From: an uncultured Pseudoruegeria sp.
Lineage (GTDB): Bacteria; Pseudomonadota; Alphaproteobacteria; Rhodobacterales; Rhodobacteraceae
Assembly: GCA_947498155.1 (NCBI GenBank)
Contig: CANMJD010000007.1
Span: 77,703 to 141,702 of the forward strand
DNA: 64,000 nt
Reading direction: 5' to 3'
How positions within the stretch are numbered: the stretch's first letter is position 1; every line of letters begins with the position of its first letter. Below, in pieces: positions 37,887 to 48,865 of this stretch. The notes under the pieces were generated by a model that had not been told where the DNA came from, searched no databases, and saw only the letters and a program-made list of their open reading frames with translations. The position numbers and the translations under genes are program-made.

Positions 37887-37961
37887 GCTCCGTTCGTCTA
37901 TCGGTTAGGACGTCAGGTTTTCAACCTGAAAAGAGGGGTTCGATTCCCCTACGGAGTACCA
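37887..37961 (+). tRNA. tRNA-Glu (anticodon UUC)
   Basis: 75 nt: GCTCCGT acceptor stem, TTCGTCTATCGGTTAGGAC D arm, anticodon loop TTTTCAA, GGTTCGATTCC T arm, and an encoded CCA. Confidence 0.95.
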
Positions 37962-38011
37962 TGCTGGCTATTCCCCCACATCGATGATTCCGGCGCATAG
38001 GCCAGACTGGT

Positions 38012-38740
38012 TTAGAACGCCCATCCTGCGCTTATGCCCCAGAGTATCGGAAGCAACAGCGCCGTGGCCAAAGCGTTCATCCCCATGGCCAGCCCCGAAA
38101 ACGCTGCGGCTGTTTCGTCATCTTGCAGCAAACGGGCGGTGCCGATGCCGTGACTGACTGTCCCGATCGCAACGCCGGTGGCGCGCGATTCCGTCACCCC
38201 GACTAGGCGCAGCACCGCTGGCCCGAACATCGCCCCGATAATGCCCGTGCCCAGCACCATGGCCGCTGTCAAAGATGGAACACCGCCGATCTCCTCGGCG
38301 ATGCCCATGGCCACGGGCGCAGTCACCGATTTTGGTGCCAAAGAGGCCAAAACCGACCCCGTTCCGCCAAAAACCCATGCCAGCCCTACCCCAGTGACCA
38401 CCGCAACAATCCCGCCGCAGAGCAGGCTGACCCCAAGCGCCACTGCCGATCCCTTGACCAGATGGAACTGTTTATAAAGCGGAATTGCCAAGGCCACCGT
38501 CGCCGGACCCAGCAGGAAATGCACAAACTGCGCGCCCTCGAAATAGGTGGCATAGCTGGTTTGTGTCACCATCAGCAACGTCACGACCGCGATTACCGCC
38601 AGCAAGACCGGATTGAAAACCGGCAGACGTCCGCTGCGCTGATACACCCAGTTGGCCGCCTGAAAGGCAATCAGTGTTAAGGTCAGATGAAACAGCGGGG
38701 ACGCGCTCAGATAGACCCATGTATCCTGCAGGCTATTCAT
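38012..38740 (-). CDS. lrgB: LrgB family membrane protein
   Basis: ATG 38740 preceded by GGGGGA (track start 38755). Polytopic, with GIAEEIGG...SLTAA LrgB-type motifs. Confidence 0.8.
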   Translation of the reverse strand: MNSLQDTWVYLSASPLFHLTLTLIAFQAANWVYQRSGRLPVFNPVLLAVIAVVTLLMVTQTSYATYFEGAQFVHFLLGPATVALAIPLYKQFHLVKGSAVALGVSLLCGGIVAVVTGVGLAWVFGGTGSVLASLAPKSVTAPVAMGIAEEIGGVPSLTAAMVLGTGIIGAMFGPAVLRLVGVTESRATGVAIGTVSHGIGTARLLQDDETAAAFSGLAMGMNALATALLLPILWGISAGWAF

Positions 38741-39083
38741 GGTCTTTTCCCCCACCGCTCAGCTTTTTCATCAGCCAGCCGGTCAGTGCGATGGTGATCA
38801 AAGTACCCGCCACCAGCGAAAACCCGATAGGGAGCAAATCCTGCCCCAGCAGTTTGAAATGCACCATGACACCGGCGCCGGCGGGAACAAATAAAAGCGA
38901 CATGTTCTGCATCAGCCCGCGTCCAACCGCGTCGATCTCTGGTGGAATGCCGCGTTTCAGGGAGAAAAACAGAAACAGGATCACCATGCCAAGTACCGGC
39001 CCCGGAACAGGCAGCCCCGTCCCTTTGGCACAGAGTTCGCCAACCAGTTGGCAGGTAAAAATCAGCGTGAGCGCTTTGAGCAC
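38733..39083 (-). CDS. lrgA: CidA/LrgA family holin-like membrane protein
   Basis: GTG 39083 preceded by AGGAGG (track start 39140). LKALTLIFTCQLVGE...LPVPGPVLGM. Confidence 0.8.
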   Translation of the reverse strand: MLKALTLIFTCQLVGELCAKGTGLPVPGPVLGMVILFLFFSLKRGIPPEIDAVGRGLMQNMSLLFVPAGAGVMVHFKLLGQDLLPIGFSLVAGTLITIALTGWLMKKLSGGGKDHE

Positions 39084-39252
39084 ATGGCCTCCTATTCGGC
39101 AGGGGTCTCTTGGATCGACCCTTAGGTGATCGCTTTGCAAAATTGTTTATATAAATCGTAGCTTTCTAGGCTTTGAGTGGCGTATTCTAACAATAACGGC
39201 ATATGGGATTCCACATGCAACAGGATTCGATATTTAAAAAGGTTACCACGGC

Positions 39253-40422
39253 ATGAGCATTCGGAAATTCTCGGTACTGGCAAGTGCTTCACTCTGCGCG
39301 TTTTTATTGGCGGCCTGCAACGAAGAGGAAGACCCCACTGCCACAGCCCAAACCGCCGTTAAGGTTTCTGTGGCAGCCGTTTCCGAAGAGGACATCACCA
39401 GCGAGACCTCGTTTATTGGCAAGGGCGAAGCCATCGACAGCGTGGAAATCATCGCGCGGGTCCAAGGGTTTTTAGAAGAAAAAGTGATCGAAGACGGCGC
39501 TGTTGTGCAGGAAGGGGATTTGCTCTTTCGGATCGAGAGCAGCGCCTATGACGCCACGCTTTCGGCCCGTCAGGCCGATCTGGCAAGTGCCGAAGCCAAT
39601 GTAGAGCTGGCCGAGATCGAATTGGACCGCAAGACCCAACTGGTCGCGCGCGACACCGCACCGGAAAGCGAACTTGATGTTGCCAAAGCCAACGCCAAAG
39701 TAGCTGAGTCCGCCGTACTGGCCGCAAATGCCGCCATCGAAGAGGCACAGCTGAACGTCGACTATACAGAGGTGTATGCCCCCTTTGAGGGACGCATTGG
39801 CCGGATCGGCGCCAGTGTCGGCGATCTGGTCGGCCCGTCTTCGGGCACGCTTGTGACCGTTGTGCGCCAGAGCCCGATTTATGTCAGCTTTTCCTTGAAT
39901 GAAAAACAACTCGTCAACGTACTTGAAAATCTTGATGCCAGTATCGGTGAGCTAAGCGAGCCAACAAAATCACCGGACGTCTATTTGATCCTGCCGAACG
40001 GCCAAAAACTCGACGAGGTCGGCAAGATTGTGTTTGCCGATAACCGCATTGATCCGACAACGGGAACGATCTCGATCCGGGCAGAGTTTGCAAATGAGGC
40101 TGGGCTGATTGTCGACGGGCAATTCCTAACCGTGGATATTCTTGCCTCTGAACCGGAATCCCAACTTCTGATTCCGCAGGCGGCTGTGCAGCGCGACCAA
40201 AAAGGCGATTTTGCGCTGGTCGTGAACACCGAAGGCGTTGTGGAGCAGCGCTATATCACCCTGAACGGCCAACATGAAATCAGCTATATCGTGGCGGACG
40301 GCATCCAGATCGGGGAAAACGTGATTGTCGAAGGCCTGCAACGTGTGCGCCCCGGCGTGACGGTTGACGCCGTGCCAGCGGCGACAGCCCCCGCCGACGT
40401 CGCCCCTGCAGAAGAGGGCTGA
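39253..40422 (+). CDS. efflux RND transporter periplasmic adaptor subunit (lipoprotein)
   Basis: Lipobox FLLAAC, coiled-coil hairpin region, and the [13 protein letters not shown] motif. Confidence 0.85.
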   Translation: MSIRKFSVLASASLCAFLLAACNEEEDPTATAQTAVKVSVAAVSEEDITSETSFIGKGEAIDSVEIIARVQGFLEEKVIEDGAVVQEGDLLFRIESSAYDATLSARQADLASAEANVELAEIELDRKTQLVARDTAPESELDVAKANAKVAESAVLAANAAIEEAQLNVDYTEVYAPFEGRIGRIGASVGDLVGPSSGTLVTVVRQSPIYVSFSLNEKQLVNVLENLDASIGELSEPTKSPDVYLILPNGQKLDEVGKIVFADNRIDPTTGTISIRAEFANEAGLIVDGQFLTVDILASEPESQLLIPQAAVQRDQKGDFALVVNTEGVVEQRYITLNGQHEISYIVADGIQIGENVIVEGLQRVRPGVTVDAVPAATAPADVAPAEEG

Positions 40423-40426
40423 GCAC

Positions 40427-43400
40427 ATGCTTTCAACGGTCTTTATTTCCCGCCCCAAGCTGGCGCTGGTCATTTCGCTGGTGCTGACGATCATGGGCAC
40501 CATTGCCTATTCGGTCCTGCCGGTTGAGCAATTCCCCGACATCACCCCGCCCGTAGTCGGGGTGTCGGCCAATTATACAGGCGCCTCTGCCGATACAGTC
40601 GAAGGCTCTGTCGCTGCCCCCATTGAGGCACAGGTCAACGGCGTTGATGATATGATCTACATGTCATCCACCAGTTCAGACAGTGGCAGCTATTCCCTGA
40701 ATGTAACCTTTGAGGTTGGCACCGATCCCGATATCGCCTCTGTGAATGTGCAAAACCGCGTTGCGCAGGCGATGGCAGGCTTGCCCGCAGAGGTCACCCA
40801 ATCCGGTGTTGTCACTCAAAAATCTTCGACCAACATGTTGCTGTCGATGGTGTTGCTCTCGCCGAACGGCAGCTATGACGAAGTCTTTTTGTCCAACTAT
40901 GCTTCGATCAACATCAAGGATGCATTGGCCCGCGTCGAAGGCGTCGGCAAAGCCGATGTGATGACCGATTTTTCCTATGCCATGCGCGTATGGCTTGATC
41001 CGGACCGGATGGCCAGTCTGGGAATGTCCGTTGGGGATATCATTGCCGCCGTGCGGGAACAAAATCTTGAGGTCTCTGCCGGTCAGATTGGCGCTCCGCC
41101 GGTATCAGAAGATCTGCAATTTCAATATACAATCAAGGCGCAAGGGCGGCTGCAAGCTGTCGAAGAATTCGAGGGCATCGTGCTGCGCACCGGTGATGAC
41201 GGCGCGATTGTGACGCTTGGCGATGTCGCTGAAATCGAACTCGGGGCCAGCAGTTATGCGGCCAATGGTCGTTTTTCCGGTGAACCGGCGACGGTTCTGG
41301 CGGTCTATCAGGCCCCCGGAGCAAACGCGCTGGCGGTGTCGGATGCGGTGGAGGCAGAGATCGACCGCCTATCCAAAGCCTTTCCCGACGATATGGAATA
41401 CCAGATCCCGTTCAACACCACGGATTATGTCGAGCAATCGCTGAATGACGTGGTCGAAACCCTGATGATCACCTTTGCGCTGGTGATGACCGTGGTGCTG
41501 ATTTTCCTAGGCAACCTGCGCGCAACCTTTGTGCCAATGGTCGCTATTCCGGTATCCTTGATCGGGACCTTTGCGTTCCTGCTGGCCTTCGGGATGTCGC
41601 TGAACACGATTTCGCTCTTTGCGCTGGTGCTGGCCATCGGGATTGTGGTGGATGATGCGATTATCGTCGTTGAAAACGTCGAACGTATCATGGCCGAAGA
41701 AGGCCTTTCGCCCCCCGAAGCAACCCGCAAAGCTATGGCGCAAATCACCGGACCGGTGATTGCGACAACGCTTGTTCTTCTGGCGGTTTTCGTTCCTGTT
41801 ACCTTTATGCCTGGCATTACCGGGCGGCTGTTTTCGCAGTTTGCGATCACCATTTCGGTGGCCGTGGTTATCTCTTCGATCAACGCGCTGACCCTGTCGC
41901 CCGCGCTTTGCGCTCTGCTTCTGCGTAACCGCACCGGAGAGCCGAAAGGCGTGCTGGCACTGTTTGAAAAAACCATCGGCGGATTGCGCGATGGGTATGT
42001 CGGGATTGTGCGACGCTTTGTGCGTGTCGCCAGCCTGAGTATTGTGGTTTTGATCGGTATCTTTATTGCTGGTGGTGGCCTGTTGAAAGTCACCCCCGCC
42101 GGTTTCCTGCCCACCGAGGACAACGGCTATCTGTTTGTCGATGTGCAATTGCCCGACGCGGCCTCTTTGTCGCGGACTGGCGTTGTCACAGAGCGGGTCT
42201 CTGACCAGATCCTTGAGATTCCCGGCGTGCTGGACACGGTGGTCGTGAACGGTTTCAGCATGCTGAACGGCCTCGGCTCAAACGGTGCGATGTTGATTGT
42301 AAGCCTTGCACCATGGGATGAACGGACGACCCCAGAGCTAAGCGCGCAGGGCATTCTGGGGCAAGTTCTGGCAATCGGTCAACAAGAGGCGGCGGCAAGC
42401 GTGATTGCCTTTAATCCACCGCCAATTCCAGGCTTGGGCACCAGTGCGGGCGTCGAGATGATGGTGCAACAAACCGCTGGCGGGACGCCCCAGGATTTGG
42501 CTTCGGCCCTTGGCGGGCTGGTCTATGCGGTCAACCAACGCGACGGGATCGGCAGCAGCTACACCACTTTCCGCGCAAATGTGCCGCAGGTATTTGTTGA
42601 TCTGGACCGCGAAAAAGCCAAGTCGCTTCAGGTACCGGTCTCAGAAGTGTTCCAGACCATGCAGACCTATCTTGGTTCCTATTACGTTAACGACTTTAAC
42701 CTGTTTGGTCGGGTGTATCGGGTGATGATGCAGGCGGATTCTACCTACCGCGATCAGGTAGAAGATATCTCCCGCCTCTATGCCCGCTCTTCTACCGGTG
42801 CCATGGTGCCGCTGGGCACGTTGATGGATGTCGAAAACGTTCTGGGGCCCACGGTGTTGACCCGCTATAACATGTTCCGCGCTGCCACTGTGACAGGCAT
42901 CCCTGCGGCGGGCGGATCAACGGGCGATGTGATCAAGATTATGGAAGAAGAGGCCGCCACTGCGCTGCCCGCGGGGTATGCCTATGAATGGACGGGAACC
43001 GCGCAACAACAACAGGATTCCGCTGGCATGGTTCAGGTGATCTTGGTGCTGGCGGTGGTCTTTGGTTATCTGTTCCTTGTTGGCCAATATGAAAGTTGGT
43101 CGATGCCGGTGGCGATTTTGCTCTCGGTTACTGTGGCGCTCTTCGGCGCGATTCTGACGATTTTTATCACCGGCACCGATATGAACCTCTATTCGCAAAT
43201 CGGGATGATCATGTTGATCGGGATGGGGGCGAAAAACGCCATTCTGATCGTTGAATTCGCTGTGGAACAGCGCGAATCCGGCCTGTCGATCCGCGAAGCC
43301 GCTGTGACGGCGGCCCATATGCGGTTCCGCGCGGTGATGATGACGGCGATGTCCTTCTTGCTCGGGGTGGTGCCGCTTTTGCTGGCCTCCGGCGCCGGTG

Positions 43401-43588
43401 CCGCAAGCCAACGGGCCATCGGTTATGCGGTCTTTGGCGGTATGCTGATGGCAACCGTTGTCGGGGTCATCCTGATCCCGGTGCTCTATGTGGTGTTGCA
43501 AACCCTTCGGGAACGTTTGAAGGGCGAATATAACGGCGCGGATACGCCCTTACAAAAGCCCGCAACCGCTGAGGCACCTGCCGATTAA
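40427..43588 (+). CDS. efflux RND transporter permease (AcrB/HAE1-like)
   Basis: ATG 40427 (track start 40364 overlaps the adaptor gene). [20 protein letters not shown]... More than 1000 aa with a 12-TM architecture. Confidence 0.9.
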   Translation: MLSTVFISRPKLALVISLVLTIMGTIAYSVLPVEQFPDITPPVVGVSANYTGASADTVEGSVAAPIEAQVNGVDDMIYMSSTSSDSGSYSLNVTFEVGTDPDIASVNVQNRVAQAMAGLPAEVTQSGVVTQKSSTNMLLSMVLLSPNGSYDEVFLSNYASINIKDALARVEGVGKADVMTDFSYAMRVWLDPDRMASLGMSVGDIIAAVREQNLEVSAGQIGAPPVSEDLQFQYTIKAQGRLQAVEEFEGIVLRTGDDGAIVTLGDVAEIELGASSYAANGRFSGEPATVLAVYQAPGANALAVSDAVEAEIDRLSKAFPDDMEYQIPFNTTDYVEQSLNDVVETLMITFALVMTVVLIFLGNLRATFVPMVAIPVSLIGTFAFLLAFGMSLNTISLFALVLAIGIVVDDAIIVVENVERIMAEEGLSPPEATRKAMAQITGPVIATTLVLLAVFVPVTFMPGITGRLFSQFAITISVAVVISSINALTLSPALCALLLRNRTGEPKGVLALFEKTIGGLRDGYVGIVRRFVRVASLSIVVLIGIFIAGGGLLKVTPAGFLPTEDNGYLFVDVQLPDAASLSRTGVVTERVSDQILEIPGVLDTVVVNGFSMLNGLGSNGAMLIVSLAPWDERTTPELSAQGILGQVLAIGQQEAAASVIAFNPPPIPGLGTSAGVEMMVQQTAGGTPQDLASALGGLVYAVNQRDGIGSSYTTFRANVPQVFVDLDREKAKSLQVPVSEVFQTMQTYLGSYYVNDFNLFGRVYRVMMQADSTYRDQVEDISRLYARSSTGAMVPLGTLMDVENVLGPTVLTRYNMFRAATVTGIPAAGGSTGDVIKIMEEEAATALPAGYAYEWTGTAQQQQDSAGMVQVILVLAVVFGYLFLVGQYESWSMPVAILLSVTVALFGAILTIFITGTDMNLYSQIGMIMLIGMGAKNAILIVEFAVEQRESGLSIREAAVTAAHMRFRAVMMTAMSFLLGVVPLLLASGAGAASQRAIGYAVFGGMLMATVVGVILIPVLYVVLQTLRERLKGEYNGADTPLQKPATAEAPAD

Positions 43589-43625
43589 GGCAAGACCATT
43601 AAAAACGCATTCAAATTGTGATATA

Positions 43626-43651
43626 AAAGGGGCGCTGCAAAGCGCCCTTTT
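43626..43651 (+). terminator. rho-independent terminator after the RND pump
   Basis: AAAGGGGCGCT-gcaa-AGCGCCCTTTT followed by GCCGTTT. Confidence 0.7.
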
Positions 43652-43742
43652 GCCGTTTGGAGCACTGGAAAGACCAAACAGAACCGGTGTGCAATCCGCA
43701 TTTGGCCCTTTGACTTACAGCCACAACAAGGGACAAATTATT

Positions 43743-44582
43743 ATGAAAACGCTATATTCTACATTGCTCGCCGGATGCCTTTTTCCATTGTCAGCATCTG
43801 CTGAAACACCCGAAGAACGCGGCGCCTATCTTGTAGAGGGCATCGCAGGTTGCGGCAATTGCCATACCCCAATGGGGCCGGAAGGCCCGATCCGGGAACA
43901 AGCCCTTTCAGGTCGGCTGGTTGAGAAAAACGACGCCTTCACCGCCATCGCTCCCAATATCACCCCGGCCTCCGCCATCGCCGACTGGAGCGATGCCGAG
44001 TTGGCCCGCGCCATTCGCGAAGGCATTCGCCCCGACGGCTCGCTGATCGGGCCACCAATGCCCTTTGCGATGTATCGCGGCCTTTCCGACAGTGATCTGA
44101 GCGCGATTGTCGCCTATCTGCGCATCCTACCCGCGATCGAGAGTGACCTGCCGACCTCGACCTACAACATCCCCCTGCCACCGGCCTATGGCCCGCCCAT
44201 CGACACCGTAGCCGATGTTGCCAAAGCCGAAACCGTCGAATACGGGGCCTATCTTGCCGGTCCTGTGGCCCATTGCATGGAATGCCACACCCCAATGGGG
44301 CCCATGGGCCCGATGATCGACACAGACCTCGGCCGCGGCGGATTTGAATTTCACGGTCCCTGGGGCACATCGGTGGCCAGCAACCTGACCACCCATGCGG
44401 ATGGGTTGGCAAGCTATAGCGACGATGAGATCAAAGCGATGATCACCATGGGAAAACAACCCGATGGCACCCCGATGATGCCTCCCATGCCCTATGGCTA
44501 TCTCGCACAGATGGACAGCACCGATCTGAACGCAATCGTGCTCTATCTGCGTAGCCTGCCCGCGTTGCCGGATGCGGGCTAA
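43743..44582 (+). CDS. dihaem c-type cytochrome
   Basis: ATG 43743 followed by a signal peptide. Two CxxCH motifs: CGNCH and CMECH. Confidence 0.8.
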   Translation: MKTLYSTLLAGCLFPLSASAETPEERGAYLVEGIAGCGNCHTPMGPEGPIREQALSGRLVEKNDAFTAIAPNITPASAIADWSDAELARAIREGIRPDGSLIGPPMPFAMYRGLSDSDLSAIVAYLRILPAIESDLPTSTYNIPLPPAYGPPIDTVADVAKAETVEYGAYLAGPVAHCMECHTPMGPMGPMIDTDLGRGGFEFHGPWGTSVASNLTTHADGLASYSDDEIKAMITMGKQPDGTPMMPPMPYGYLAQMDSTDLNAIVLYLRSLPALPDAG

Positions 44583-44621
44583 CACAAAAAAGGACGCGGA
44601 GATCCCCTGCGCGTCCAACTT

Positions 44622-44678
44622 CACTTTGTTCTTAAAATATCCCGGGGTCCGGGGCAGCGCCCCGGCCTTGCCCGGCGC
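44622..44678 (+). repeat. REP-like intergenic repeat, copy c
   Basis: CACTTTGTTCTTAAAATATCCCGGGG... followed by hairpin CCGGGGC-agc-GCCCCGG. Confidence 0.7.
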
Positions 44679-44990
44679 TTAGTGGGTCCAAACGCCCCGC
44701 CGGTTGGTGGCGAAGTTTTCGCCATAACCACCGGGACGGATATTCGGCTTGCGCTTATGCGGCTCGGTGACAGTGAACTCCAGCCCCTTTTCGGTGGCAT
44801 ATTCAACAGCGGCCTCTTTGCTCTCAAAGCGCAGCTTCACCTGACTTTGGGTATCGTCGCTGCTGGTCCAGCCCATCAAAGGATCAACCGAGCGCGCCGA
44901 GGCAGGTGCATATTCCAGAACCCAACTATGGGTCTTGGCTTGGCCGGATTGCATGGCATTGCGGGACGGTTGATAAATACGGGCAGGCAT
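44679..44990 (-). CDS. ETC complex I NDUFS4-like (PF04800-type) small protein
   Basis: [27 protein letters not shown]...[10 protein letters not shown]...[16 protein letters not shown]. Confidence 0.75.
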   Translation of the reverse strand: MPARIYQPSRNAMQSGQAKTHSWVLEYAPASARSVDPLMGWTSSDDTQSQVKLRFESKEAAVEYATEKGLEFTVTEPHKRKPNIRPGGYGENFATNRRGVWTH

Positions 44991-45072
44991 AAGGCGTTCC
45001 TAACTTGATCCCTGCGGTTATCCTGAATCTCTGCGCCCAGATCAAGATGCCATTTACACGCAGGGGGCCGAA

Positions 45073-46425
45073 TTATACGGGTGCTGGCCAGATCGCCTGA
45101 TCCTGCCCCAGAGGCCGCGCCCCGCGATCATAGTGCATTGGCGCGCCCATCAGGCGCAGCGCAGGCCGCAGGCGTTTGGCCTTGCCCCAGACCGTAGTTT
45201 CCACCTCTGCCGCATAATCCTGTGCCACGGCTTTGCCGATCTCCGTCGCTTCCCTTGCCGGGGATCGCCTCATCAATGCCTCCGCCGTGGCGGCTAGCGA
45301 CAGGCGCGCGGTGGCCACAGGGGTGCCAAGGGCCGCATCCCGCAAAGCTGTGGCCACAGTGGCAGCCATCAAATAACCGGTGGCAAAGTCCAGCGCCTGC
45401 ACCGGCAGGGGCGTCGGGCGATCGGTTCCAGCCCACTCCTGTCCGGCGGCGGCAATGCCGCTGCTCATCTGCACCAACGAGTCAAAACCGCGACGGTCGC
45501 GCCAGGGTCCTTGCCAACCATAGGCATTCAGGGTGACTTCGATCAGATCAGGGGCCACAGAACGCCGCCAGTGATCGCCAAGCCCCAGCACATCCAAAGC
45601 ATCGGCGCGATAGCCATGCACAAGAACATCCGCCTGCGACAGCAAGGCGGCAAATCTTGCCTGTCCGGCGGGCGCGCGTAAATCCAGCCGCGCGCAGCGC
45701 TTTCCAAGGGTCACTTCGGGCGCTAGAGAGGCCTCTTCCCAATCCGGTGGATCAAGGCGCAGCACATCAGCGCCGAAGCCTGCCAGAAAGCGGGTCGCAA
45801 CCGGACCGGCCAAAATCCGGGTCAAATCAAGCACGCGCAATCCGGCCAAAGGGCGGTCTGCTCTCCCGCCAAAATCCCGCAATCGCAGGGCGCGTGGTAT
45901 ATCTCTCTGCACCAAAGGGGATTCGGTCAGCAAAGCGCCCTGCGGATGCTCGTGCCATGCCGTACGGCTGCGCATTTCTGCCGCCACACCGCCTTCGGCG
46001 ACAACCGCGGTTTCCAAATCGGTGGCGCGCCAGTTTGCCACCTCTTGTCGTACCGCTTCTGGGGCGGCGGCGCAGCCCAAAACCCGCAAAGTCGCCGCGC
46101 GGTGGTTGGCGGCGTTGGTGTGCAGACGAATCCAGCCATCCGAGGCCTGATAGTCGCCCGCAATATCATCCCAGGCCGGCGGCATATTCCAGCCTTGCGG
46201 CGCAATGGAATAGCCCGCCCAGAGCGACGCCAACCGCCGATCCACACGGACGTCCGCCAAATCATTACGTTGCCCCAAGGCTTGGGATGCCTCAGCAATC
46301 GCTAGTCCCGCCAGCCCCATGGCGTCTGCAAGAAAATCGGTCACCCCAAAACAAGAGGCAAGCTGCGCGTCGCCGTCGATCTGCAAAGGGCCGGTGACCC
46401 CGATTTCTTTTTTCAAATGGTCCAT
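45073..46425 (-). CDS. family III CoA-transferase (CaiB/BaiF-like) with unusual domain order
   Basis: ATG 46425 (track start 46443). The [14 protein letters not shown] motif sits at about residue 196 rather than near the N-terminus. Catalytic-type [11 protein letters not shown] is present. Confidence 0.7.
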   Translation of the reverse strand: MDHLKKEIGVTGPLQIDGDAQLASCFGVTDFLADAMGLAGLAIAEASQALGQRNDLADVRVDRRLASLWAGYSIAPQGWNMPPAWDDIAGDYQASDGWIRLHTNAANHRAATLRVLGCAAAPEAVRQEVANWRATDLETAVVAEGGVAAEMRSRTAWHEHPQGALLTESPLVQRDIPRALRLRDFGGRADRPLAGLRVLDLTRILAGPVATRFLAGFGADVLRLDPPDWEEASLAPEVTLGKRCARLDLRAPAGQARFAALLSQADVLVHGYRADALDVLGLGDHWRRSVAPDLIEVTLNAYGWQGPWRDRRGFDSLVQMSSGIAAAGQEWAGTDRPTPLPVQALDFATGYLMAATVATALRDAALGTPVATARLSLAATAEALMRRSPAREATEIGKAVAQDYAAEVETTVWGKAKRLRPALRLMGAPMHYDRGARPLGQDQAIWPAPV

Positions 46426-46465
46426 GGCGAACCTATACCGCAAAACACTGCTGATTTTCCATCAC

Positions 46466-46496
46466 CCTGACAGGCTGCTGTCAGGAGAATGTCAGG
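46466..46496. promoter_or_regulatory. three CTGTCAG-type repeats (one inverted, two direct at 11-bp spacing), Pho-box-like
   Basis: CCTGACAG-gctg-CTGTCAGG-agaa-TGTCAGG in the divergent CoA-transferase/uvrB intergenic region. Confidence 0.4.
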
Positions 46497-46555
46497 GAAG
46501 GGTTGAACCTGAACAAAAAGGGATCAAGTTATCAGGTCTGAAAAGGAATCGCCCC

Positions 46556-48736
46556 ATGGATAATCCCTTGCCCAATCTGCCCGACGTTTCGGCGCATAAA
46601 GCCCGCCTGAAAATGGAGGGCGGGCGCAGATTTGTGCTCAATACCGACTTTGATCCGGCAGGCGATCAGCCCACCGCTATCGCAGAACTGTCAGGCGGTA
46701 TTCTGGACGGCGAACGGGATCAGGTTCTGCTTGGCGCGACCGGCACCGGTAAAACATTTACCATGGCGAAAATCATCGAAGAGACCCAGCGCCCGGCGAT
46801 TATTCTTGCGCCGAACAAAACCTTGGCCGCCCAGCTTTACGGCGAATTCAAAGGCTTCTTTCCCGAGAATGCGGTGGAGTATTTCGTATCCTTTTACGAC
46901 TACTACCAGCCCGAAGCCTATGTGGCCCGCACCGATACGTTTATCGAAAAAGACAGCGCCATCAACGAGCAGATCGACCGGATGCGCCATTCGGCCACCC
47001 GCGCCCTTCTAGAGCGCGATGACGTGATCATCATTGCCTCTGTGTCCTGTATTTATGGTATCGGATCGCCGGAAACCTATACCGAAATGACGCAGGATTT
47101 GCTGACCGGCGAGGAATATGACCAACGCGAGGTGATGAAGGGTTTTGTTGCCCAGCAATACCGGCGCAATGACAATGCCTTTTCGCGCGGTTCCTTTCGG
47201 GTACGTGGCGATAGCATCGAAATCTGGCCATCGCATCTGGAGGATCGCGGCTGGCGCTTTTCCTTCTTTGGCGAAGAACTGGAAAAAATCACCGAATTTG
47301 ACACGCTGACCGGCGAACGCACCGCGACGCTGGATAAGGTCCGGGTCTATGCGAATTCGCATTATGTGACCCCGCGCCCGACCCTTGTGCAGGCGATCAA
47401 GAACATCAAAAACGAATTGACCGTGCGGTTGAAGCAGTTTGAAGACGACGGCAAGCTACTCGAAGCCCAGCGAATCGAACAGCGCACCAAATTCGACCTG
47501 GAGATGATGGAGGCACAGGGCTATTGCAACGGGATCGAGAATTATTCCCGCTATCTGACCGGACGCGCCCCCGGAGAGCCGCCCCCCACGCTGTTTGAAT
47601 ATATCCCTGACAATGCGATTGTTTTCGCCGATGAAAGCCATGTCTCCGTGCCTCAGATCGGCGGCATGTATAAGGGCGATCACCGACGCAAATTCACCTT
47701 GGCAGAACACGGGTTCCGCTTGCCCTCCTGTATGGATAACCGCCCGCTAAAATTCGAGGAATGGGATGCGATGCGCCCGCAGTCGATCTTTGTTTCGGCC
47801 ACACCATGTGCGTGGGAGTTGGAACAGGCCGGCGGGGTTTTCACCGAACAGGTGATCCGGCCGACTGGGCTATTGGATCCACAAGTGGAAATCCGTCCCG
47901 TGGGCATGCAGGTTGATGATCTGCTGGATGAAATCCGCAAGGTCACCGCCGCGGGGATGCGCACGCTGGTAACCACGTTGACCAAACGCATGGCCGAAGA
48001 CCTGACCGAATACCTGCACGAACAGGGTATCAAAGTGCGTTATATGCACAGCGATATCGACACGCTGGAGCGGATAGAAATCCTGCGCGATTTGCGGCTG
48101 GGGGCCTTTGATGTGCTGATCGGGATCAACCTGCTGCGCGAAGGGTTGGACATTCCCGAATGCGGGTTGGTGGCCATTCTGGACGCCGACAAAGAGGGTT
48201 TTTTGCGTTCTGAAACCTCCCTCGTGCAAACCATTGGCCGTGCGGCGCGAAATGCCGAGGGGCGGGTGATCATGTATGCCGACCGGATCACCGGCAGCAT
48301 GGAGCGGGCCTTGGCCGAAACCGACCGGCGACGGGAAAAACAGATCGCTTATAATATTGAGCACAACATCACACCGGCGACGGTAAAAAAGAACGTCGAG
48401 GATGTCTTGGCGGGGCTCTATAAGGGCGATGTGGATATGAACCGCGTCACCGCCACCATCGACAAACCGATGCACGGCGCCAACCTGATGGCGCATCTCG
48501 AAGGTCTGCGTACCGATATGCGCAAAGCCGCCGAGAATCTGGAGTTCGAAGAAGCCGCCCGCCTGCGCGACGAAGTCAAACGGCTGGAGGCGGTGGATTT
48601 GGCGGTGTCAGACGATCCGCTGGCACGACAGTCCGCCATTGATGCGGCAAGCGATGCGGCGGTGAAAACACGCGGGCGTTCAACGGCGGGTAAACCCGGT
48701 CAGCGCGGTGGAAATGTGAAACGCAAACGGGGGTAG
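46556..48736 (+). CDS. uvrB: excinuclease ABC subunit B
   Basis: ATG 46556 (track start 46319 overlaps the divergent gene). GATGTGKTF Walker A, helicase motifs, and the C-terminal UVR domain [14 protein letters not shown]. Confidence 0.95.
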   Translation: MDNPLPNLPDVSAHKARLKMEGGRRFVLNTDFDPAGDQPTAIAELSGGILDGERDQVLLGATGTGKTFTMAKIIEETQRPAIILAPNKTLAAQLYGEFKGFFPENAVEYFVSFYDYYQPEAYVARTDTFIEKDSAINEQIDRMRHSATRALLERDDVIIIASVSCIYGIGSPETYTEMTQDLLTGEEYDQREVMKGFVAQQYRRNDNAFSRGSFRVRGDSIEIWPSHLEDRGWRFSFFGEELEKITEFDTLTGERTATLDKVRVYANSHYVTPRPTLVQAIKNIKNELTVRLKQFEDDGKLLEAQRIEQRTKFDLEMMEAQGYCNGIENYSRYLTGRAPGEPPPTLFEYIPDNAIVFADESHVSVPQIGGMYKGDHRRKFTLAEHGFRLPSCMDNRPLKFEEWDAMRPQSIFVSATPCAWELEQAGGVFTEQVIRPTGLLDPQVEIRPVGMQVDDLLDEIRKVTAAGMRTLVTTLTKRMAEDLTEYLHEQGIKVRYMHSDIDTLERIEILRDLRLGAFDVLIGINLLREGLDIPECGLVAILDADKEGFLRSETSLVQTIGRAARNAEGRVIMYADRITGSMERALAETDRRREKQIAYNIEHNITPATVKKNVEDVLAGLYKGDVDMNRVTATIDKPMHGANLMAHLEGLRTDMRKAAENLEFEEAARLRDEVKRLEAVDLAVSDDPLARQSAIDAASDAAVKTRGRSTAGKPGQRGGNVKRKRG

Positions 48737-48865
48737 GATACTGACGTGTGCCGTCTGGCCCGACCCTCCCTTCGAGAGAGCGCATACGCCCTCACCCAGG
48801 ATCAGACGTTTGCTTTACGTCGCACTGCCTAGGTAACGCCTTGGCGGGATAGAAGGAGTAAATTA

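Noticed and set aside
45657-46397. 246-aa plus-strand ORF
   Set aside because: It is antisense to the CoA-transferase gene and has an Arg/Pro/Ser-rich shadow composition.
46319-46555. N-terminal extension of the uvrB track ORF, and similar extensions at 40364, 33079, 27098, 22364, 20938, 43650 and 853
   Set aside because: The extensions overlap upstream or divergent genes or promoter regions, and they lack similarity to the family N-termini. Internal ATG codons with better context were chosen.
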